Of a stretch of 57,425 bases of DNA, positions 49,527 to 57,425 are shown one piece after another. A program made the position numbers and the translations under genes. The stretch covers positions 1 to 57,425 of the forward strand of contig RDOE01000014.1 in assembly GCA_011364975.1 (NCBI GenBank), in the 5' to 3' direction. Every line of letters starts with the position of its first letter. Position 1 is the first letter of the stretch. The stretch is from Promethearchaeota archaeon. GTDB lineage: Archaea > Asgardarchaeota > Lokiarchaeia > Sigyniarchaeales > SOKP01. The notes below the pieces were generated by a model. That model was not told the origin of the DNA. It saw nothing but the letters and a program-made list of their open reading frames with translations, and ran no database searches.

Positions 49527-50606
49527 ATGGTATATAATCTATTAACCCTTCCAGTTACCCTTTTCTTTATTGGAAATGCGGTTTTACATTTATATTATGC
49601 GATTAGGTTAAATAGGAAGTATCCTAAAAGACAAAACCTCTATAACTCATTTATTGTATTTTTACTTTGGATTGTCGCTGGTATTGTATATCCTTTATTT
49701 TATACTTTAGATGATGAATATATACGATTTCACCAATCACTCTCCTTAAATATTATCTGTATTTATGCACCCTTATTAGTTCTCCTGATACTATATTATC
49801 AATATAATGTAGTATTAAAATCAAATCCAGAATTACGGAAGCAACGTACAATTGAGAATTTTGATAAGAAGTTTAATGAACTTAATCCAATGGCTACTGA
49901 TAAAAGATACTCTATCAAAACGGATTTACATAGAAAGGTTTTTCACCTACTTCCACCTCTCATAATAATTATTTTATGGAATTTTGCTATTCATATTTGG
50001 GAGGGAACATTAGGTGCAGATGAGGTATGGGGGGTATCTGGGCGAGATTATGGAGTATTTTTAATTATCACAGTTGGATATACTGGTATTTTACTTTTTG
50101 CAGCCATAGATTATGTTCGATTGTCGTTTATCTTTGAAAAGAGAACGATTTATCACCTTTTTCCGAGTTGCCTTTCAAATATTTTAGCCAGAACAATAAA
50201 AAGAAGTGAAGTGTATGATTTTGCTAAGCCTGTGGGGATGGTTTTATCATATGTTCCTATTTTTTTCCTACCTTTTGAAATTTTCGCAGCAGCGGCTTTA
50301 ATATCAACAATAGGGGATGCCGCCGCATCAACTTTCGGAATCGCTTTTGGAAAATGTCATTTCCCCAAAAATAGCCATAAAACTCTTATAGGATATATAG
50401 CTGGATTTATAACATCTCTTTTTGTAGGTATATTTACCATATGGATATTTAAACAAGAGATTTCAACTATTAAACTTGTGCTTATCTCTTTTTCGGGAGC
50501 TAGTGTATTTTTAATAATTGATCTTTTAAGTTTAAAGATTGATGATAACATTTTAAATCCAATATTGAGCGCTTCTACTATGATGCTGGTTTATCTTTTA
50601 GCATAG
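49527..50606 (+). CDS. CTP-dependent isoprenoid-alcohol kinase family (dolichol/phytol kinase-like) membrane protein
   Basis: RKVFH, GDAAAS.FG..FG, KTLIG, IDDN. Confidence 0.8.
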   Translation: MVYNLLTLPVTLFFIGNAVLHLYYAIRLNRKYPKRQNLYNSFIVFLLWIVAGIVYPLFYTLDDEYIRFHQSLSLNIICIYAPLLVLLILYYQYNVVLKSNPELRKQRTIENFDKKFNELNPMATDKRYSIKTDLHRKVFHLLPPLIIIILWNFAIHIWEGTLGADEVWGVSGRDYGVFLIITVGYTGILLFAAIDYVRLSFIFEKRTIYHLFPSCLSNILARTIKRSEVYDFAKPVGMVLSYVPIFFLPFEIFAAAALISTIGDAAASTFGIAFGKCHFPKNSHKTLIGYIAGFITSLFVGIFTIWIFKQEISTIKLVLISFSGASVFLIIDLLSLKIDDNILNPILSASTMMLVYLLA

Positions 50607-50742
50607 CTATCAGTCCCTATTTTTTTTAAATTTGTTTTTTCTGAGATTTTTTAAAACTATAAATATATAAAAAAGAAATAATATTCTAGAAATTTTTTCA
50701 ATTGATTATAAAAAAATTAAATAAATTATGAGATCGGAGTAA

Positions 50743-51990
50743 ATGTCATTATCAGAACGATCAAAATCCTACTTTAAATATATGATATTTGTACTTATGT
50801 TAGTGCAAATACTGGATTCTTTCTCAACGATATTTCCTGGAGCGATTCCAACTGCTATAGCTGATGAATTTTTACCCGGACTTGCTCAAAATACAGTTGA
50901 TTCGATTTTAGCCTTTGCTAGTGGAATAGTGTCAATAGGATTGTATTTTCTTTTTTTCAGCCAATATCTTGCTGATAAGTTAGGAAGAAAATTAATGCTT
51001 TCTATATCAGTATTAGGAATGGCGATTGCGTGTTTAGGAATGTTTTTCTCAGCAAATTTTACAACTTATTATATATTTGTTTTTGTGCTTAATTTCTTTT
51101 ATAGTAGCGATATATGGTGGATATATGTTAATGAAGAGACGAAACCTAATAAAAGAGCCCTTTACTCTAATTTAGTCCTCATAGTGGGTTTAATTGGAGC
51201 TTTTGTAATGGTCATTACAAGGTTTATTTTTATTACGGAAACTAATCCAAATTGGCGAGGAATGACCTTTTTTCCAATGTTTCTTGGATTTCCACTTGCT
51301 ATATTAATCTACTTCACCTTAAAGGAAACTTCCAAATATGAACAAATGAAGCAAGAAACTGGAATTCAAAAAAGAAATTTTAAAGAAGATTTAATATCTA
51401 TTTTTAAAACTGAAAATAAAAAGCCCTATATAATGTTATTGGTTATTGCTTTCCTAAGGGGCACTTCCGGAATCTATATGGTATTATTTGAAAAATATAT
51501 GTCCAACTATTTACCTCCAACTCAAATTAGTATCGTATTTCTTTTAACGGTATTCATGGTGATTGTTGCTTATCTCATTAACGGCTTATTAGCAGATAGA
51601 ATAGGTAGAAAACCGTTATTATATTTGTGGTCTGCTTTAGCGCCTATTTCTGTTCTGATCTGGGTATTTGCAGGTCCACAACATTCATTCTTACTTGTCC
51701 TTTTGGGATATTCACTTAGCCATATAGCAGTTTGGGGTTCTTTAGGTATTGTAAGATTAATAACAATCGAATTATTACCCACTGATCGGAGAGGAACGGG
51801 CGTTGGATTCAGAAATCTTATCGGTTCAATCGGGGGTACTGTTGGATTATTATTGAGTGGAGTGATTATACTTTTTGTAGGACTTGGAATTACCTTTATA
51901 ATTTTTGTAATGGCTAATTTTATAGTTATACCATTAACCTATTTCTATATTAAAGAGACTAAAGGTGTTGAATTAGCAGAAATTAAATAA
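50743..51990 (+). CDS. MFS transporter
   Basis: LADKLGRK and LADRIGRK motifs, ELLPT..RG.G, ETKG; about 12 TMs. Confidence 0.93.
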   Translation: MSLSERSKSYFKYMIFVLMLVQILDSFSTIFPGAIPTAIADEFLPGLAQNTVDSILAFASGIVSIGLYFLFFSQYLADKLGRKLMLSISVLGMAIACLGMFFSANFTTYYIFVFVLNFFYSSDIWWIYVNEETKPNKRALYSNLVLIVGLIGAFVMVITRFIFITETNPNWRGMTFFPMFLGFPLAILIYFTLKETSKYEQMKQETGIQKRNFKEDLISIFKTENKKPYIMLLVIAFLRGTSGIYMVLFEKYMSNYLPPTQISIVFLLTVFMVIVAYLINGLLADRIGRKPLLYLWSALAPISVLIWVFAGPQHSFLLVLLGYSLSHIAVWGSLGIVRLITIELLPTDRRGTGVGFRNLIGSIGGTVGLLLSGVIILFVGLGITFIIFVMANFIVIPLTYFYIKETKGVELAEIK

Positions 51991-52033
51991 TTAAATAATA
52001 TTCTTTTTTTTAATTTAAAAATAGTAATTATAG

Positions 52034-55003
52034 TTAGAAAAACGCATCCATTTTCTTTATACCTTTAATTTCTTCAAATGATATACCAAGAGCATCCAAT
52101 ACCTGTTCTAATGCTGATTTTAATAATTCACGGTACTTAGCAGGATCAATGTCTTGGAGTTTAGCTAGTTCTAAAGCTTTAGCACCACCACTCCCCTTAG
52201 TTTTGATAATGCTTATAGTTTCTCCTTTTTGATAGTCCTTTCCAGTTACTTTTTTTAGTTCAATCGCAGCGCTTACATGTTGAGGCATTACTTTATTATA
52301 ATCAGATAATTTCTTTTGCAAAGCAATATTAATTGCATAATCTTCTAGACTAAATGCATCTGGTTTTCCTATTTTTTTTAATCCTTCTCGAACTAATTCA
52401 ATAATTCGTTGTTTGGCTTGTTTGAACTCTTCATTATTAGTGATTTCTTTTAGAATTACCAATAATTCAAAAAAAATTTCTTTGATAAAATCAGGAGTAT
52501 TTTTCTTTTTCGCTACTAAACCCTTAATATCAACATATTTAGTATCTTTATATATTCCAACATAATTTTTTTTCCTTTGCGAAAGTGCTAAGAATTGATA
52601 AGTCTTTTCTTCTTCTAAATCTAAATCTAACTCCTTTTTACTCCACTCGGAGATATTTTTCATTTGATCCTTGGAGGGATTTGATAAAAACACTGAATCA
52701 GTATCTCCATACAGCACTTTCACTCCAATTTGCTCTGCTTTATTGATAGTTTGTTTGATTGACTATTGTCCAATCCCTGTAGTGCTTTCTGCTACTGGTA
52801 AACAAAATAAAGGAAAATTTTGACTACCAAAAACGCCATAGGAACCGTTGATAAATACTTTGAGCGCTTGTTGGATTGTTTCATAATAACTTCGTTGTTT
52901 TTCAGTTAAGTTTTTATCAGAAGATTTCGGTTTAAAATATTTTACCCTTATATCTCTAAAGAAACCAACAACATACGCAAAAATACCCATTTTATGGGTA
53001 CATATATGATAGGGTGTTCCTTTGACAAGATTATCCAAATCATCTTGATGAGGACAGAGAACCGTCTCATAAGATAAGTTAAATTCCTTTATGATGGAAG
53101 GATAAAGCGACGCGAAATCCATAACCACAACATCGAAATGAATCCCAGGGATTGGGGGAATGACATAAGCGCCTTGGAATTTCTCATCATTTGCCTTCGA
53201 CATCATTAATCCTCCCTTTTTCATTTCGGAAATCTCTGATCTCCTGGGGATAAGAAATTCTTTACGACGATGTTCAAAATAAAAGATATTCTGAATCCAA
53301 GTTGAAATTTGGCGTCTAACCATCTCATGTATAGGCATTTTTGTCATACGGCATAATATAATCATTAAGTTCCATACTAATGAATTATTAAACTTCGTTA
53401 ACTCAAGAGTAAGTAAAGAATCCTTAAGATTATACCAAGAAAGGATATCATACTCCATTTCATGGATTTCTTCTTCATGTTCATATTTCTTTTTGCCTAA
53501 TAATGCATCACTAATTGCATTTAAAGAAGCACTTTCATAAGCTCCACCAAACGCATACCCTGAAATACTTCTGTTGAAGAAAAAGTTAAAAATATCGATA
53601 TGAATTCCAAGCCTAAGATCACATTCTGCTTTTGATAATATACCAAACCCTCTTTTTACATGTATAGGGTTTAAATCTCTTTTGATTTTGAGACTTTCTG
53701 CTCTGTGAAACATATAATTAAGATCAAAATTGTCTCCATTGAAAGTAATTAGTACAGGGTATTCCCAAATTAATCTAAAAGATTCTATAAGAAGCTCTTT
53801 TTCAGATTTAAAGAAATAGAGTTTTGCATCATCAGGAAATTTCTTATGAAGTTTTGTAAATTTAAATCCTTCACGCTCAAGTATATATACCAATTTTAAT
53901 CCATCAGAGCCAACGAAGGATACACTAATAATTTCTTGATTAGCTTGTCGAGGGTCAGGAATTCTAAAATCTCTTTCACCCAAGTTAACTTCAATATCCA
54001 TAGCTAAACGTTTAACATCAGGAATGGGAGTAAGGAAAATATCTATAAATTTATCTGCAAATTCCCTCATTTCTGGAGCTTCATTTTTAAAAATTAAACG
54101 CATTTCTGCAGCCATCTTTTTTAAATCATCAGTAGTTTCTTCATAATTTATTTTTTCAAGTTTCCCATTCTTGATCCTATAAATTAATCCTGGAATTAGC
54201 TGAGTGTCGAAAATATAGTTTAAATGGTATCTAATATCTGCTTCCCATGCTTTTTTACCATTTTCTCCCAAAATATTTTTAATATTTATTCCTGAGCCCC
54301 CAATGTTAGTAGGAGTCTTACCATAAATTTTTGTCATTGGTATTTGTTTATCACTTAACAGATCGAACCTAGTAATTTCTTCAAATCGATTAAAACCATC
54401 GTAATCTATAAGTTTTTTAGTATGTTTCGATTTGTTAATTTCTTCAGTGTAAGTTACCGTTTTCAATTCAGAAATAGGTTCTTTACTCAAACAATATGGT
54501 TCATGATTAGTAGTATCAAGCCAGATTTTTATCTCATCATTATCTAAATCATAGAATTTACAATATGCTTTATTTTGACCTCCATCATAATCCACATCTA
54601 ATAATAATCCTCTTTCAAGGTTTTCAACAATATCACCTTTCTTTACTAAATATCGTATATATTTGCTACTTACAGATTCCCTTGAGATTTTCTCGACTTG
54701 AATATTATCAGTTTTTAACCCAAACGGTGTAGGATTCTCTTTAAAATATACTTTTGTAGGAGATTTTATGTTAATTGGTTTGATTTTCTCCTTAATTTCG
54801 TCTATTTTATCTTCTTTGACAGTTACTAGTTTTTTTTTAGAGATAGTTCCATCTTCATCAATTATGATATCTTTTCTTGGTACTGTTTTAGGTTTTTCAC
54901 TCAATTTTTTCTTCTCTTCAGCATAAGAAAAAAGTGATTTTTGCTTATCGTCTCCTGGCTTCTTTTTTCTTGGTTTTTTAGAACTTGGCAACTTTAATAC
55001 CAA
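52034..55003 (-). CDS. polB: Family B DNA polymerase (PolB1-like), interrupted by a single in-frame TAG at 52763-52765
   Basis: ExoI DIEV, ExoII FNGDNFD, ExoIII YNLKD, motif A DFASLYPS, B KVFINGSYG, then GIGQ*SIKQTI...YGDTDS (motif C) in the same frame. Confidence 0.88.
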
Positions 55004-55157
55004 TTAATTAATTGAAATTTATATTCTATTTAATAGTATTACAGTAAAGATTATAATCCCAACTATTCATTGTTTAATATTTTTAATAATTTTTAAAAGA
55101 AAAAAGGTTAGACTGAAATAAATTAATCATTTATCATGTATTCAATAATAAATTTCT

Positions 55158-56501
55158 TTATTTGGTTCCGGTTGTCATTCTAACATCTCCAATAAGCATA
55201 AAAGGGGCAAATATGGAATTATCGCTAGGATTAAGCCATGTAGTCACTTGTTTTAACTCTTTTCCTAACCCTTTAATGTTTTCAAGCATATGAAAATGAT
55301 TGGAATTGATACGAAGCTCTCTAACTGGCTCTAAAATTTCACCTTTTTTTTTCACAAGAAACATACCATCTTTTGGAATAGATGAAAAAATTCCAGGAGC
55401 GGCATAAGATTGATAACGCGTATACCAAGTAGATGTAATTAATAAAGTAGGCTTATCAGATATTTCCATTAATTCTTTTAAAGTGCAATCTCCGGTTGAA
55501 AATACGGTATTATGCGGTTTTGGCATAGTTATTCCAGCATTACCAGTTGATTCTTCACCTTTTTTCGAGTAAGAAGTGTTTGTAAAAAATTGATGTAAAA
55601 TACCATGGTCAATCAGACAAGTGTTTTTTGAAGGGACTAATTCATCATCAAAGGGACAAGATTCTAATCCATAATTTATTGTACCATCATCCCAAACAGA
55701 AAAACTTTCATGGGCTATTTTATCTCCTGGTTTTCTTGCTGTTAACCAAGCCACTCCTTCTTTCTTTATATAAGAATTCATAGCAATAGCAGCAGTAGGT
55801 GCTTGAAGCTCTGTTGAAACTTTTGGATATATAATTATGTTATAAATTCCGGGAGTTCCTTTTTTACCACCCTTTGCATTAGTGCATATTTCACCTGCCT
55901 CTATCCCCGCAGTTTGTGTATTAAATCCATGATCTAGATGAGTTGAGCATGAAACAGCTTCACCTGTGGAATACATATCATCAGCAAAAGCTCTAATACG
56001 AAAATTTAGATTTGATTTCTTATAATTTCCTTTTAATCCTGTATTACTTTCCAAGAAGAAATGACTTGTACCATAAAAGAATGTTCCTGCAACTCTACTT
56101 GCTCCTTGCTTTAAGGAAAGGTCAGTTGCCTCTTGTACTATATCTACTGCTTGCTCATCAAGCTTTGTAACCTTAGGATCGTATATGTTATTTTGAATCT
56201 CTGAATCATATCGGAAGGGTCCTTCGGGTAGTTTTTTAAAGTTAGTATTTATTTTTAAGATATTTAACAATTTATCGCAATGAGTTAAAGTTTGCTCAAT
56301 ATTTGTATCACTCAAATCATTTATAGTGATTTCTAGGGTTCTTCTTTTTCTGGAGAGGAATAAATCTAGTTTAACCTCATCCCATCTTTTATTAATATCA
56401 ATTTGACTATTTGAAAATCGAATTTGATGTTCTAGCTTAATCAATCCTTTAATTACCCAGTCATTACAAAATGAACTAACTTGCTTTTTTACTTTTTCCA
56501 T
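55158..56501 (-). CDS. TldE/PmbA family protein
   Basis: IRFSN, PFDDE, STGNAG, YTRYQ..G.FS..P.DG, PV.ELRI; follows TldD. Confidence 0.88.
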   Translation of the reverse strand: MEKVKKQVSSFCNDWVIKGLIKLEHQIRFSNSQIDINKRWDEVKLDLFLSRKRRTLEITINDLSDTNIEQTLTHCDKLLNILKINTNFKKLPEGPFRYDSEIQNNIYDPKVTKLDEQAVDIVQEATDLSLKQGASRVAGTFFYGTSHFFLESNTGLKGNYKKSNLNFRIRAFADDMYSTGEAVSCSTHLDHGFNTQTAGIEAGEICTNAKGGKKGTPGIYNIIIYPKVSTELQAPTAAIAMNSYIKKEGVAWLTARKPGDKIAHESFSVWDDGTINYGLESCPFDDELVPSKNTCLIDHGILHQFFTNTSYSKKGEESTGNAGITMPKPHNTVFSTGDCTLKELMEISDKPTLLITSTWYTRYQSYAAPGIFSSIPKDGMFLVKKKGEILEPVRELRINSNHFHMLENIKGLGKELKQVTTWLNPSDNSIFAPFMLIGDVRMTTGTK

Positions 56502-56546
56502 TGAATAATTTAATAATTCTTTTTTCGATATTGAAATATAATCACC

Positions 56547-57425
56547 TTAAGTTAATCTTACATTTCTTAATCTTATATAAGGTCCTCCGGTCCAAACAGG
56601 ACATCCTTGACCAGGTTCCGATTTCCCACAAAATGCTCCTTGCCATTCAAGCGTTTCTTTCTTACCTTGAGCATCTATACTGCTGAATAATCCAGGAGAA
56701 CTTATTTCTAAAGAGGGTTTTAATACTAAATTTTTAGTTATTTCTCCATTTTGAATTAAATAGGCTTCTTGTCCAACATATTTGGATTGTAGCCGTTTAT
56801 CGTCAATATTCCATTCTGTAAATGACTTCATTAAAATTCCTTGCTTAATGTCTTCAACCATTTCCTCAAAATTAAAATCACCAGGGGCGAAATATGTATT
56901 GGCCATTCTTATCAGTGGTTCCCTATCAAAAGAAATTGCTCTAGCTGCAGCATTGCTATTTATATCGAACAAGGAAGCAGTTTCTCTATTATGGAGCATT
57001 TCATTAAATATCCCATCTTTAATTAATTCTCTTCTTCTCGCTTTAACCCCTTCATCATCATAAAGGTAAAATCCATAAGAACCCGGAATAGTAGGATCTT
57101 CAAAAACATTTACACAAGGATTTCCAATTTTGAACCCAATTTCATGCTCTTTTAAATATGATTCTCCTGCCTGTGCTCCTTCACGACCTAAAATACGATC
57201 TGCTTCATGGGGATGACCACAATTTTCATGAGAGACTATACCAGCTACATCAGGTCCTAAAATGAGATCGATTTCTCCTTTTGGGGGCTCTTTAGCTTCT
57301 GTTACAATTTTACTAAGGATTTTAACTTTCTCGTGGACTTTTTCTTTTAAATTCCATGATTTTAATTCATTCCAACCTGAGGTGGTAGCATAAGTAGTCG
57401 TTAATTGTTCGTTCTTACCTCCAGA
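56547..57425 (-). CDS. tldD: TldD metalloprotease (5' end outside window)
   Basis: Frame open to window edge; HENCGH zinc motif, EADRILG, YDDEG, RMANT, CGK.EPGQ. Confidence 0.92.
   Translation of the reverse strand, partial: SGGKNEQLTTTYATTSGWNELKSWNLKEKVHEKVKILSKIVTEAKEPPKGEIDLILGPDVAGIVSHENCGHPHEADRILGREGAQAGESYLKEHEIGFKIGNPCVNVFEDPTIPGSYGFYLYDDEGVKARRRELIKDGIFNEMLHNRETASLFDINSNAAARAISFDREPLIRMANTYFAPGDFNFEEMVEDIKQGILMKSFTEWNIDDKRLQSKYVGQEAYLIQNGEITKNLVLKPSLEISSPGLFSSIDAQGKKETLEWQGAFCGKSEPGQGCPVWTGGPYIRLRNVRLT

Noticed and set aside
1-57425. Genome-wide stop-codon reassignment (TAG=Pyl/Gln or TGA=Trp)
   Set aside because: TAG ends full-length genes (1161, 30361, 30435, 50606) and TGA does too (12317, 21211, 27008, 48385); Trp is encoded by TGG throughout.

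Overview
AT-rich archaeal chromosomal segment of about 50 genes, most consistent with an Asgard archaeon of the Lokiarchaeia/Promethearchaeota. Support: an IPGF-TM-basic 'Loki-CTERM'-like sorting tail, Alba, archaeal ACDS CdhB/CdhC, a PolB1-type polymerase, GGTGA/GAGGTG ribosome-binding sites, oligo-T terminators, and many SCP2, crotonase and acyl-CoA ligase paralogues. The first 26 kb is mainly lipid/acyl-CoA metabolism plus a polar amino-acid ABC transporter and an orphan N6-methyltransferase. The rest holds Alba, CooT-cdhB-cdhC, ClC, NAD-salvage genes, a solo Mre11-like nuclease, a tetraether-lipid synthase (Tes/GDGT-MAS) homologue, a tandem ubiquitin-like protein, PolB and TldD/TldE. The standout, missed by the ORF track: a signal-peptide/C-terminal-TM gene (42895-43842) has one, possibly two, in-frame TGA codons (the first in a U-x-x-C context). 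Three nt after its TAA there is a hairpin with the AUGA/GA core, 8-bp stem and AAA loop of a eukaryote-like SECIS, making it a candidate novel Asgard cell-surface selenoprotein. Two other genes carry single in-frame stops with no recoding signal (TAG in polB, TAA in an adenylyltransferase), so base-call error must be excluded. I saw no rRNA, tRNA, CRISPR array or intact mobile element.
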